A DNA stretch of 63,868 bases, the filler included, from Octopus bimaculoides (taxonomy: Eukaryota): the NCBI RefSeq assembly GCF_001194135.2. It is 7 parts of 6 records of this genome, joined end to end, with 100 filler letters (N's around TTAATTAATTAA, not from the genome) between each part and the next. Parts side by side here need not be neighbours in the genome. Positions count along the whole stretch, not along the records: positions 1 to 31,807 come from NC_068984.1; 6 more parts are not named here. One strand, written 5' to 3'. Made by a program: the position numbers and the translations under genes. Shown in pieces: positions 11,444 to 24,689 of this stretch. Position 1 is the stretch's first letter, and each line of letters starts with the position of its first letter. The notes under the pieces are model-generated. The model saw only the letters and a list, made by a program, of their open reading frames with translations. It was not told the origin of the DNA and did no database searches.

Positions 11444-12248
11444 TGTTGTGTGTGCGCGCGCGTGTATATATGAGATTTCTATACACGCACATATGGCGGC
11501 CAAATACACAGCTTGATATAAATACATTTTCACGTGCTCCGTGGAATATTTAACGATTTCAGATATAAGACGTAATATATGCGTGGGTGCTTGCGCACGT
11601 GTATGTGTGTGCGCGCATGTGTGTGTGTGTGTGTGTGTGTCGCGCGTTTATGTGTGTGCGTGCGTATTCACATACATTCACGTGTATGTTTACGCATATA
11701 TGAGTGTATGTATGCATGTATGTGTGTATGTATTACATCCAAATGTATAAATCTGAGACGTTCTAAAATCTTGTCTGCCTCTGTCCTACTTTCAGACACT
11801 CACAAATAATCTTCTGATCGATGTAACTCGTTTTATCCTGTGACAACGAAACAGAAGCAATAAATGCATATATTTTTATTATTACAACAAACCATTTCCT
11901 CTTTTGCTTCTTTATGGTTGCGGTCTAATGGGACTCTTCCTTGACTTGTTTTGCCGCATTAATACTTCTGGCCACATAACACATTTCTAACAGGACATCT
12001 CCCAATAACTTGAGCTAAATCTAACGATATAATATATTTATATCGAATTCATTGGATAATTAATGGTAGTACTTAGAGTACGGTGCAGTCTTACACCAAC
12101 TAGCACGCTAATTCAATTTATCTTACTGTTGTTCTTTTTTTTATAACGCTCTTACAACATAATATATTGTGTGGTGGTTGTTGAGTCTACATTCAGAATA
12201 TCGCAAGAGGTTTATGTACGTTTGTGTGCGTGTATGAGTGAGCGAGCA

Positions 12249-12287
<39 letters not shown>

Positions 12288-12749
12288 GTGTAGTTATGTA
12301 CGTGCTCTACAATGTTTGGCAGAGAGTGCTGATAAACCACTGTATCCAAGAACATTACGTTAATATGCAATATTGATCGGTACAACTATCAGCGTCTTAT
12401 CTGAAACTTTACCACAAAACATGTCTCTAACTTCGCTTCATCACGAACAACATATTGGAAACAAATTATTAATAGCTAACTATATTTTTCTTAGAGAAGG
12501 CTATTCTACCATATTAAAACCTAAACATCTCAGGGAGTGAATAATAATAATTGTCCAGATTGCTTAAAACTATTGGCCAAGCGCTTCAAATAAATCATTC
12601 TCATTAAATAAATCTCTGATAGTAATCTTCTGCAGATGGGAGACAAATACACTCTTTCTTTACGTTTGATGTGATAAATCACTCTGGTAAATCCCAGTGA
12701 AGTTAAGTCCCCTTAAGTGATAATACCTTGATATATTAGCTCCATCAGA

Positions 12750-12975
12750 TTGTTGTTGTTCTTGTATCGGTAGTTTAAGCAGACGTCAGCCATGATTAAG
12801 CAGACCAACGATGAAATGTACTGTAGCCATAACCCTCTCATCTGTTTGTATATCCAGGATTACATTATACAGCGTATTTTCTTTTTACTTCTCTTTTACA
12901 CATTTGGCATTTGATTTGACGGCAGTATAGCTGTTATTTCTAGCAGGTCGAATGGTCTTCTGGCGACGTACAGAG
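12750..12975 (-). repeat. Interspersed repeat with (CAA)n-type end (probable retroposon)
   Basis: Shares GCTGT/CTATTTCTA and the (TTG)n-start segment with 13600-13800 and 36735-36880. Confidence 0.45.
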
Positions 12976-13599
12976 AATTTCTCATCTGATTTCCATTTAA
13001 AGTCAATTCCATTTTCTATCTCTGCCAAAGTACATACGTACATGCATGTTGTTCTCTACATTTACATGCAATAGCAGTAACGGCGATCTAATTGATTTAA
13101 TTAATAACTAATGAGAAGTGTGTTCTATGAGGAAATAACTGGTTTATCAAGGACATACTTCGTACACTTATATAACGTTCTTGTAATTAGCTTCGTGCGG
13201 ACAACTCGTTTCTGCTGTGTTTTACATGTTTGCATACTTTTGTACAGTTCTAAAAAAAATCACATGAAGACTTTACTCCTTCTGTCTTACAGTAAGCAAT
13301 GTTGAGGCAACTGTTTTTCAGGAATGCTTAAAAGTGAGTTCGAATAGTCTTCTGCACTCCACTGTCACCCCAACCCCACCGCAGGATAGGTCTTGTTTAT
13401 TAGTAGAGTATAGCAGGAACTACACGTGTGTCTTCGGATGTCGACGGAAATATTTGGTTCTATGAATATGTTATAAAATGTTGTACTCGTCATGGCTTTT
13501 ATTCTGTTAGTTACCATTATGAAGAAACGATCGTTGTTGTTTCTAAGACACAGCTCAACCCCGATTAAGCAATTCCAGGAATTCAAAAGCATTCCAACT

Positions 13600-13800
13600 A
13601 CAAGTACACTTTCTTTAAAACGCAGTTCATATTATCTAACGTGTCCTTCTCTTTTAAGTTGTTATTTGGTGGAGATTTCGCTGCTATTTCTACCATTGCG
13701 AGCGACTACATAGATGCTCCCTCGTTGTTATTGTTGTTCTTCAGCCTAAATCAGACTTATGATGAAAGCCATTCCAGCCATGAAAGTCCCGTCTTTAGTT
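13600..13800 (-). repeat. Same (CAA)n-ended repeat family, two abutting pieces
   Basis: GGAGATTTCGCTGCTATTTCTA...GCTCCCTCG then TTGTTATTGTTGTT...ATGATGAAAGCCATTCCAGCCATG. Confidence 0.45.
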
Positions 13801-13809
13801 CAGATATCT

Positions 13810-14296
13810 TACTGTGGAGGGAACCTGTGGAAGAAGTAGACCCAGGAAGGCACGTGACGAGGTCGTGAGACATGATCTTCGAACGTTGGGCCTCACGGAG
13901 GCAATGTAGCCGATACCGGTGTCGCGCAACTGGCACCCGTGCCAGTGGAGCATAAAAAAGCACTTTTCGAGTGTTGGGCCTCACAAAGGCAATGACAAAT
14001 GACTGAGACCTTTGGCAACATGCCGTGCTTGAGAAGAAGACCCATCAAGACAGTTGAAATCGTAGTCGTGGCAGATACTGGTGTCACGCAACTGGCACCT
14101 GTGCCGGTGGCACGTAACAGCACATACTGCACCCTCGGAATGGTTGGCGTTAGGAAAGGAATCCAGCGTTAGAAACCATACCAAATCAGACTGGAATCAG
14201 AAACGGCACCTCAACTTACCAACCCTGATCAAACCCTCCAACCCATGCCAGCATGGACAATGGACACAACGGATGTTAAATGATGATGATGATGAT
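13810..14296 (+). mobile_element. RTE-clade LINE 3' end with repeated 3'UTR and (GAT)n tail
   Basis: TVEGTCGRSRPRKARDEVVRHDLRTLGLTEAM* (GxRxRGRPRKxW-type RTE C-terminus). Internal repeats at 13887/13975 and 13913/14074. The end matches 38939-39135. Confidence 0.8.
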
Positions 14297-14301
14297 ATAT
14301 A

Positions 14302-15147
14302 CAAGGTGGTATCAAAAACTTCCAGAATTACTTGTTTAGTAAAAAAACATTATTTACTTAAGTTTTAACATCATCTCCTTCAAAATAGCTACCTTTTGCA
14401 GCAATACACCGATTCCAGCTTTCCTGCCACTTTTGGAATCCGGCCTGGAAGTCGTTTTCCGTCAGGGTGTTGAGGACCTTCTGTGATTCGCTCTTTATCT
14501 CGACAACGATGTTAAAACAGCGACCTTTGAGCTGTATTTTCATCATTGGGAAGAGATGGAAGTCCGTAGGTGCTAAATCAGGTGCTAATAGGAGGGTTGC
14601 GGAAGCGATACTATGTTGTTTTTAGTGAGAAACCAACGAGTGAGGCGAGCTCGATGACAGGGTGCATTATTGTTGTCGCCTTCGCCAAATGTCCTCTCGC
14701 AAACACTTCAAAATGTTGCAGTAGAACTCTCGATTGGCGGTCTGGTCCTAGGAAGCGAATTCTCGATGCACAGTACCGCATTTCCAGGTCTTCCAGGGAC
14801 GTTCTTCCGCTTTTGAAGCGCCCTTGTCATTCGAAACATTGCATACGACCCATTGCCGCGATGATGTAAGATTGTCGAAGTAAGCTCAAATGTCTCAGTA
14901 GCAGACTTCCCGAGTTTAACACGGAATTTCACGTTGGCTCTTTGTTCCTGTCCATGAGAAAATCGCAGACTACAGCATACACACATGATCACAAAAACAC
15001 AAATTTCGCAACTTGGGAAGCAGACACAGTGATGTCACTCGGCACACTGTCTCATGAAGGTCGCTGCTAGCTTTCACTGCGCACACAACCGTACGCTGTC
15101 ATCTACTGGCGCGCTGCAGAACTAGTCCGGAAACTTTTTGATACCAC
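14302..15147 (-). mobile_element. Internally deleted mariner with both TIRs (~850 bp)
   Basis: TIRs GTGGTATCAAAAACTTCCAGA and TCCGGAAACTTTTTGATACCAC, with TA at both ends. QEQRANVKFRVKLGKSATET and IQLKGRCFNIVVEIKSESQKVL...WQESWNRCIAAKGSYFEGD. Confidence 0.9.
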
Positions 15148-15392
15148 TAAAAGTCTGATAGAATAAGTACAGGCTTTAAAAAAAAAACTCATACCGCTAA
15201 TATCGAGCAGTAAGGATGAGTACATTGTTGGATAAATATTCTTTATTTTGAGTTAAGAAGACTAGCATTAGTTACATTGGTATTGTCATCCGAGATGGAA
15301 ACGATGAACAATGTTCTATGCAACAGGTTTGATAATTGCTGAGAAATTTCTCTCGGCATGAAACCGATGATAGCCTTGTTAACCCACAAAGG

Positions 15393-15456
<64 letters not shown>

Positions 15457-16240
15457 GTAAGAGAATGCATGGCATGCATATGCATATATGAGTCTAGGTG
15501 TGTGTGTTTGCATGCCATGTAGATGCACATATTTGTGTGTATAATCCTCAGGTTAGAGTCTAGAGAGTGCGTGAGGAAAACATATCCTGCTGCATTGATC
15601 ATAAAATTAATTAGATTTGATTAGGTTTATTGAAATTATGCAACATTAACAATGTTTGTTATTTTTTTTTTATCTTCCTAGTTTTTAATTTTCGTTCATC
15701 TTTCTATCTTGGGATGATATACTTAATCCGTTACTCGGCTTAACACCCCCAACTGGCCTTTTATCTCAGTTACCTTTCGCAGAGTCCACTCAGGTGCAAA
15801 CATTTTACTCTAGTCCCCATAATTTAAGGACATCTAGGTTTCTCTCCCTTTACATATACCAGTTCTATAAAAAATACACAGAGGGCTTTGTTAATGTCCT
15901 TTTGCCAGTGCACAAGCCACGAAAGCATATAAAATATCTATATACACCATGTATGAAGTGTTAATCCGAACGTGTACGAAACATACAAAGAAAAAAAAAG
16001 CTACGCTTTAATCAGCTATCAATTAATCAAGCTGATCCGTTAATCTTTCAGTAAGTAATCCTGAACCACCAATACATATCCAAAGGCAATCACAAATTAT
16101 ATCATTTCGATCTGCACAGTAGTTGCAAACTATTTATATATCTACAGTTATGTATATATTTTTTTACCGATTTACAGATATATACAGGCGCAGAGAGAAA
16201 AGTCTCTTGCAATATTCGCATGTCTGTAGTTGCTATGTAT

Positions 16241-16393
16241 TTCAAATTCCGCCGAGGTAGACTTTACCTTTCATCCTTTCGGGGTCGATAGATAAAGTAC
16301 CAGTTACGCACTGGGGTCGATGTAATCGACTTCATCCCTTTGTCTGTCCTTGTTTGTCCCCTCTATGTTTAGCCCCTTGTGGGCAATAAAGAA
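16241..16393 (+). mobile_element. SINE family B 'left-arm' type, 5'-truncated
   Basis: ...GGGGTCGATGTAATCGACTT...TTTGTCTGTCCTTGTTTGTCCCCTCTATGTTTAGCCCCTTGTGGGCAATAAAGAAATA. Confidence 0.85.
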
Positions 16394-16489
16394 ATATATA
16401 GTGGCTATGTATGTATGTGTGAGTGTGTATGTATGTATGTGTGTGTATGTATGTATGTATGTATGTAGGTAGGTAGGTAGGTATGTCTT

Positions 16490-16976
16490 CAATTTTTTAA
16501 TTATTATTAATCTTCCACAGAGGAGGGAGCCGGTTTCCAACAAGGATACAAGGCTCCATCTTTAGGATGTAGTTAACACAAACAAATTCACATTTGGAAC
16601 TTGAGAAGAGCCTTGCATATTTTTACTGTTCCACTCACAGATTTCACTTGTAATGTACAAATTAACCGGTTGATTTCTCTTTCTGAAAATCCCAGTTTAT
16701 CCGGATTCTCCTTCAAGCATTTACTAACAAAACCTAGAGCTCCCATTATTATTGGTATGAATATAAATTCATAGTCTGGATATAGAAGCTGGAGGTTTCG
16801 AAGCAGTTGTCCATAGATATCCTCTTTTTCTTTGATTTTCAAAGAGATATTTATATCTGCAGGGCAGTTGACCTCTATGATGGTGCATCCTTTTGTCCCT
16901 CTGTCCCAGACAACAATATGCGGCCTGTTATGTTTATGTTTCACAGAAGCTTTGATGGGAATATTCCACTAGTACG
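16490..16976 (-). mobile_element. RLE non-LTR retrotransposon family B, copy 1, embedded in (TATG)n
   Basis: [69 protein letters not shown]...SGTVKICKALLKFQM* (PD-(D/E)xK-type RLE) plus a short 3'UTR. TATG repeats lie at 16406-16486 and 16978-17045. Confidence 0.85.
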
Positions 16977-16977
16977 C

Positions 16978-17010
<33 letters not shown>

Positions 17011-17361
17011 TGTATGTATGTATGTGTGTGTGTATGTATGTATGTATCTGTCTGTCTGTCTATCTATTTATCTATCAATCTATCTTTCTGTCTATCCATC
17101 TACCTATGTACGCAGATATATATATATANNNNNNNNNNNNNNNNNNNNNNNNNNNNNNNNNNNNNNNNNNNNNNNNNNNNNNNNNNNNNNNNNNNNNNNN
17201 NNNNNNNNNNNNNNNNNNNNNNNNNNNNNNNNNNNNNNNNNNNNNNNNNNNNNNNNNNNNNNNNNNNNNNNNNNNNNNNNNNNNNNNNNNNNNNNNNNNN
17301 NNNNNNNNNNNNNNNNNNNNNNNNNNNNNNNNNNNNNNNNNNNNNNNNNNNNNNNTATATA

Positions 17362-17943
17362 TAGGGTGCGATGGGTAAATTGTCGCCATGTAATATTTTT
17401 AATTTGGCGCATGCACATTGTTTTTCATTTTGTCGGCTACACATTATAGTAGTGCCAGTTGGGTGTCGTCTGTTAGTAAAACAGCACCATGACACAATTC
17501 ACCCTGCCAGAAATTTGGAAACGACATGCCGTACTCCATGGCTTTCGCTCTAATATGGAAGCTCTAATATGAACGTTTCAGAGTGTTTGGGTGTCAATCT
17601 GAAAACATGTACAGAGAGTGATAAAAATCAAACTTCCAGTCAACATCATAGTGTTTTGAGTGATAACTAGTTATAGCAACGTTATACCGCCATTCATCTT
17701 CCTACACGACCACAGATTCAACACGGAGGCCTACATCAAGTGCCTGGAGGAGGTAGTGCTGTCTTCGGTCAAGAGGGTGGCTGCTGGAAGACCTTATGTC
17801 TGGCAACAGGACCCTGCTCCATGCCACAGAAACAGGAGAACCCAGTCATGGCTGTCAGACAATTTCTGCGACAAAATTACTCCTAAAATCTGGCCACTTA
17901 ACTCACCAGACTGCAACCTACCTGATTATTATGCGTGGGGAGC

Positions 17944-18027
<84 letters not shown>

Positions 18028-18125
18028 AGCAGTAACAAAACTCCTTGTAACACCAAGATTAACTGAAGGCAAGGACTATGGCAGCATTCACCAACTTAAA
18101 CAAGGAGACCATCCAGAAGAGTTGT
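17362..18125 (+). mobile_element. DD37D (maT) transposon, internally deleted, interrupted by (AG)n
   Basis: TA-preceded 5' end, MTQFTLPEIWKRHAVL, YVWQQD-(37 aa)-DYYAWG; I counted 37 residues between the aspartates. Confidence 0.85.
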
Positions 18126-19718
18126 CTTTCCATCAAACGTTGATTTGTAACAGTTTGAAAGGAAAAATTAACAGCATCAACATCAACGTGCATGTGTCTT
18201 AGGCACAGCCTCTTCCTCCAGGCCCATGAACTGAAAAGTAAAAACCTCGGGGGATGTTTGTTATAACCAGGCATTTCTGACCATTTATTTAGTCTATTGC
18301 CATTTCGAAATAATATCAATACTTTTGCATTCAAACAAGGCTAACCGCGCAGATTGAAACAAACTATGTATGTAACAATGGGCAAGACTGAGTCCATCGG
18401 TTGATTTTATATGCTTCTTAGAATTTCCTTTTAAAAACACGGATCTTAAAAGAAATCAAATGTGTTTGTGAAGGGCAAATTATTTTAAGGATTATTAGCT
18501 GTACGAATAAGGCTGCCAATTGACAGATTCATTAAGAATTGGCGACTGCTTTGCGGTTATCGTTCTGGCTCTTTATATTCTAAATTCGAATCTCACCGAG
18601 GTCAGTTTTGCCTTTCATTGTATGCAGATCGATAAATAAAGTACCACTCCTGTTCTGAGGACCATTTCTTCGCTTTTACTCATTGATTCTGTTTCTCTTT
18701 CCGTAAAAATCAGCTGCGGTTACAGATGAAGAGGGATGTGTTCCACCAGATCTAAAAATACTCAAGAAACACCATGTGTCATGTGAGTGCTCCTACGATT
18801 CTATCAAGATGTTGAGGGCTGAAGGTAAAGCAATGCAAAGCAAATGTATGTATCCGTTCACAAAAAAATAATAACAAATGTTAAAGCTATTTTTTCGCAA
18901 TACGACGTAAGTCCTATGGGGTGCAGCTATTTTCCAGTAGAATTTTAGTTCCAATAGGTTATAGTTTTCGAGAGACAATTACCGTTAGGAGTGAAACTGT
19001 TGGAGAGGGAGTTTAATTCAGTTACAATTAGAGGAGGTAGTTATATTGTTTTTGTTCGATATATTTCTGACATTTAAGTTGAAAATGCAATTTTCAAAAT
19101 GTTGGCGATTTGATAAGTTAATTTAATTCTTTGTCTGTTGAAAAGCTTATGATATGATTTATTAAAAAATGGAAAGAATTTAAATTTAAATTTAGGAATA
19201 ATTATTTAGGAATAATTTGGCAATGCAGATCTCTAACAAAACATGTTCCTTGACAACACTCTCCCGGCAAAATTTCAAAACTTCGATATTCACAACTGAT
19301 TCATTCGGAAAGCAGAACTGAAAAAGATATTTTTTTTTTCTCCAGCGGTGGAAGGTCGTTAACCACTATTACCAAATTGGAATTGTTTAACTGCTTCCAC
19401 AAAATCTGTAAAACTCCTAACAAGAGAAGAAATAATATTTACGTGCATCGCTGGCTCTGCTGCCAACCAGACTACTTAGTGCCTTACTAAGAAGGGTGTG
19501 TATCAATTTTATAGAATCCTCCTATCACTCATAGCCAAACGTTCTCAAGGTACCACAACCATGGCTCAATCTATGAATGAACCTGTAATGTTCCTTATTT
19601 TGTACCACGAATGACCAGAACCAGGAAAGTGGGAAAAGTAACATCAAAACAGCACTAAAAGGCTAACTGAATCACGTAGGTCAAATGTTGTCTTCAGTAT
19701 CCACTTATACATGTACGT

Positions 19719-19802
19719 GGAGGCGCGATGGCCCAGTGGTTAGGGCAGCGGACTAGCGGCCGTAGGATCACAGTTTCGATTCCCAGACCGGGCGTTGTGA
19801 GT
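19719..19802 (+). mobile_element. tRNA-like SINE head (family C), truncated
   Basis: GGAGGCGCGATGGCCCAGTGGTTAGGGCAGCGG...GTTTCGATTCCCAGACCGGGCG: A and B boxes present, no complete cloverleaf evident. Confidence 0.6.
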
Positions 19803-22666
19803 CATTTTTGAGTGAAAGTACATAGTGAAGACCCATAACACTACGGAATGTTCACATCCTGGGAACAAAAATTGCCAAAGTTGGCCTGTTATACTTAATA
19901 CATCATGTTTTGTAATAACTTACTTCAACCACTTAAAATATTTATTCCGTAAATACATCAGAAAGGTAACAGAAAGTTGTTGATAATGTCGGGGAATGAA
20001 ATAGCTTAATATTTTGATGAATCATATTTTGAGTCTTATGTCTAATAGGGACAATTCTCCACTAGTTTGGAAATACAATGTATAAAATAAGCAACCCTAA
20101 GGCTGGCGGGTTCTGTAACTTTTTAACTGAATTTTGGTTAGAGTTGCAGCATGGCCAGTGGCTTTCTTAGGTTTCAGTTCCTGCGATGTTTTCATAATGC
20201 CATTTGCTTCCGAAATTACATTCTGCAGTGTTGTATCAGAAGGGTGTTTACCAATTGTGGTCGGTCATTAGCATTTTGCAGATGTCATCTTTCTGTAAAG
20301 ACTTGCCAAAAAACACTGATTTTTGTTATCTGCCTTTTTTTCTGTATATGTATGTATGTATGTGTGTGTGTGTGTATGTGTGTGTGTGTGTGTGTATGTG
20401 TGTGTGTGTGTGTGTGTGTGAGTGCATGTGTCCTTATTTATACTCAATGATGGAGTTATATTAACATTGTACGATTCACTGAAATGCAGTAAGGCGCAAT
20501 TACGACTTCGATTTATAGAAAGGCGGTAACCAACAGAAATATATATATAACAAGTATTGAATCTATCAAAAGTTATGTAGAAATTAATAAACAATAGCAG
20601 CAACAAAAAAAAAGAAAATGGCTGTAATAAAAAAAAAAGTCGGTTCAGTTTTTGGCACTGGACAAAATAGTTTCACACAATTTCTTCAGCAATATTAATA
20701 ATCTATGAACAAACTCTGTCTGTTGCACGCATTGGCTTCATATAATTGAATTTGTCCTAAGATTTTGAAAAATGTCCACTGCAAGCTACGAGTTTGCAAA
20801 ATGTCGATATAACAAAACGTTTCTGCTTTTAGCTGAAGGATTAGCTTGAAAATTGGAACCAGATGGTGGAAGACAGCATAGTTTAATCCAGCAAAAATCC
20901 ATATTGTTGGGGTGGGAGATGCAACAACATACCGTCATTGGCTCCTTCCTTATTCCTCGTGCACATACAAAATATACTTTCCGCTAAGCTCGTGCCCCAG
21001 TATGGCCTCAACTTCTGCTTGAAAGAAGCAAAAGTATAAAGTATACACAATTGAGACTAGAAAAGAAAAAAATGAAAGTATTTTATAAGATTTGGATTCC
21101 ATATATTACTAGGCAGGCAAATAATGCCTTCAACCCTCCAACATCCTGGGTTCTTCGTTAAGAACAAAAGCCACGTGACAGAATTTATGTCTTGACCTAT
21201 TAATATTAGCTGTTTCTACCATGATTTCTGTACAACCATATCAAATATAGGTAATCTCGCTTACGTCACACAGTTTAAATATGGGTCATTTTGCTTACGT
21301 CACACACATCAAATGTAGGTCATCTCGTCTAAATCATACGCAGATGGCTACTTATTGATTGATTTATATTTTATAATACTTTTTACTGAACAATACCTTC
21401 CTCGGTTACAGGCTTCCGCTGCTTCACTGCATTTAAGATGGTGAGAACAATAAAGAAACGTCTGCACCATTCGAGCAGAGCAAAAAGGGCAGAGACCAGT
21501 TGGTAGCTATAGTCGAAATACACACACACAAATATAATCGCGCGCGCGCGTGTGTGTAAGCGTAACACATGAGACTAACTGGTTCAATGCATCGGGAAAC
21601 ATGAACGCAAGGAACGGGCACACATGGTAAAAATACGTAAAAGACAGAGGAAACGAAAATTTTCATCAGCTGTCTCGCTAAGTATTCTAACAGTTTCTAT
21701 ACTTTGAAATAGAACTGCTAACTTGGTGGCGTCGACAAGCTATTGGATGCTGTAAGGCACAAAAGCAGGTAAGATACAGTGGAAAGAAAGCAAAAACAGG
21801 GGAATGAGGTACGATTAATATTAGCGAGTGGGATAGAAAACAAGGAAACCATAGTTGTTCATATGATACAATTAAATGAAATAAAAGAATTCATCTAAAT
21901 AGAATAAGATAGCAACCAAACAAAACAATGCACATATACAACGCGGAAAGAAAAATAGAATTACTTGTGTCGTCTCTGCGTATCTCCTCTGCCCCATTTC
22001 CTTTTCAGCTTGCCAACTCCTGCTTCCACCTCTAGCTCACCAAGCGATCAGATGTATCCTTCCACTCCGTCAAAAAGTCTCTAAGCATTTTGCCTAACAA
22101 TCCATTTCTTTCTTGTCAACACCGCTGACGGAGCCACATGAACAACGGAATCCACAGGTTCAACAACTATTTTAAAGGCAACTGAAATACAGCCTAGTTA
22201 TCTTAAAAGATGGCAAGAGACAAAAATCACCGCCGCAGAAACTTGCCAGTACACATTTTCTCTCCTCTCTTGTCTATTCAGGCTGAGAGTATTGTCATAG
22301 AAGACTCAATAAATGGCCTATTTTAAACTTCGGTGCAAAACAGTAATCTTTAATGTTAGTTCCCCCCCCCCAAAAAAAAAATAGCTTCAATCTCACTTCT
22401 ATGGAATCATTTAAGAGAACAGTGTAAGCACAACCATAGCTCTAAAATGTCTACTCATAGATCATTGCAATCATATTTTCTCCAATTTCAAAGCGGAATT
22501 CCTTAAATTTGATCCTTCAGATTTAAGTTAGCCAATTATCGTTGTGACATCGCTTGACGCGTTACCACCTTACATGTTTGTCTGCATGGCCTCTTCTTAT
22601 CGTTTCTTGAAGTCTCATTTTCTTTGCAACGTGGGATTGCTGGCCCAACGTCCAACTATTAGAGAT

Positions 22667-22790
22667 TATAGTTGAAATTTACAGAAGAACAAAAAACAAA
22701 GACAGGTATATAAACAACAAGCAGGTGTATTAATTTGAAGATGAGAAAGTCTTAAGTTTCAAGCCTACGCTCTTCAACAGAGGGAGAATA
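22667..22790 (-). mobile_element. Possible Penelope-like element terminal remnant
   Basis: Minus strand GAAGAGCGTAGGCTTGAAAC resembles the GAAG...CGAAACG terminal motif of Penelope-like elements. The similarity is recalled, not searched. Confidence 0.35.
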
Positions 22791-23261
22791 AAACAAACTT
22801 TCAGGGTTAGCGGTTAATCATTAACTCATGAATAGGAACTGGTACTGATTATTTTGTATCAGAGGATTCTCTAGGGCGGTGATCTTGCAGCACTCCACAT
22901 CTTTATGGCCACGCATGCCACAATTAAATAAACAGAATCTAACGACGCGGTATCAATCAAAGGAAAATTTGAAGGTGATTCCTTTCATCATTATTTCACC
23001 TTCAACATTTGATCTAAAAAAAAAAAAAAAACCTTACCGGCGAAGCTGCTGAAGATTAATTTGTGGGTGCTGAATACCTGCTCTTTATCAGAGCCCGCCA
23101 GCGTCACACTTCACAATGTCTGTTCTTAGAATGGCACACAAGAAGTTAGATTTGACTTGTATTACGTAAGGATATTGTGCACTCGAAATACAAACCCAGA
23201 TCAAGACTAGATGTTCGCTGATATACACGTATGCGTGCAAACACATACAATTGTGCGTGCA

Positions 23262-23307
<46 letters not shown>

Positions 23308-23340
23308 TGCACGCACAATTGTATGTGTTTGCACGCATAC

Positions 23341-23388
<48 letters not shown>

Positions 23389-23454
23389 GATGATAGAGAG
23401 AAATGTATATATATATGTATGTATACACACACAGAGATATATTTTCTTTGATCT

Positions 23455-23662
23455 TTTTTACTTGTTTCAGTCATTTGACTGCGGTCATGATGGAGCACCG
23501 CTTTTAGTCGAACAAATCTAGCCCAGGACTTATTCTTTGTAAGCCTAGTCTTTATTCTATTGGCCACTTTTGCCAAACCGCTAAGTTATGGCGACGTAAA
23601 CACACCAACATCAGTTGTCAAACGATGGTGGTAGTGGTAGGGACAAACACAGAAATACAAAT

Positions 23663-23718
<56 letters not shown>

Positions 23719-23970
23719 GACGGACTTCTTTCAGTTTCCTTATTTCTTTACTGCCCACAAGGGGCTACACACAGAGGGGACAAACACGGACAGACAAACG
23801 GATTAAGTCGATTACATCGACCCCAGTGCGTAACTGGTACATATTTAATCGACCCCAAAAGGATGAAAGGCAAAGTCGACCTCGGCGGACTTCTTTCAGT
23901 TTCCGTCAACCAAATCCACTCATATGGCTTGCGTCGGTCCGAGGCTATAGTAAAAAAACACTTGTCCAAA
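23455..23970 (-). mobile_element. SINE family A, interrupted by a family B insertion
   Basis: Reverse match to 1197-1592, with an internal (CA)/(TA)n tract. Confidence 0.85.
23740..23885 (-). mobile_element. SINE family B left-arm copy with 19-bp direct repeat (TSD)
   Basis: CGGACTTCTTTCAGTTTCC occurs at 23721-23739 and 23886-23904. Confidence 0.9.
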
Positions 23971-24689
23971 AGACACACACACACACATATATGCAAATAT
24001 GCTTAAGTGTGTCGATGTAAATAAGCGTGTAAATGCGAGAATGTGTGTGTGTGTGTGTGTGTGTGTATCATTAATCGTCTTCGTCTATGCCCAAACGTTA
24101 TTTCATTGATTTCAGTATCAATGTCAATAGTAGCTATTGATTGTAAAACTTTTGTTTTCATTTGCTATGCTTAACTAAATATATTCCTCCTTTACTTCGC
24201 TTCTCTCTGATGACAGGAAATAATTTCACGTTGATCAAAATTCATTTCATTTCTCTATTTTCTATCAAACTGTCTGACTAATGACTGAATTTATTAGTGG
24301 AAGCTGCATTCATTTGATTCAATAGAGACGCGTTTAGATTTCCCTTCAATATATTTCCAAACACCATCGGTGAATATTTATTTTTTCAATTCTTTTAATA
24401 AAGCAGTTCAACAACCGAAATACATCTTCTGTCCAGGCTACACTTTGTACTCTAATCAAACTTTGATCTAAATGCTGCCCTCTACAATATATAAAATCAG
24501 TTATTTCCATCACTCACCTCTATCTCTCTCACTCGAATCTCAATAACAATTATTTTCATTTAATCAAGAACGAAGTGTCTCTATCCTATTCTTCTAAGCT
24601 CATCTGGTGTCTCCTCCACCGTACCCCAAACATCACCCCAAACATCACCAGATATTGGTCACGTGTTACGTAGTAAAGACGTTAATATC

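Noticed and set aside
19719-19802. tRNA-like sequences (also the heads at 1197, 38487 and others)
   Set aside because: A and B boxes are present, but the sequences continue into SINE bodies and I could not fold complete cloverleaves. They are SINE heads.
21405-21446. Pyrimidine-rich leader plus ATG|GTGAG resembling a first exon
   Set aside because: No downstream exon or promoter evidence, and the motif is too short.
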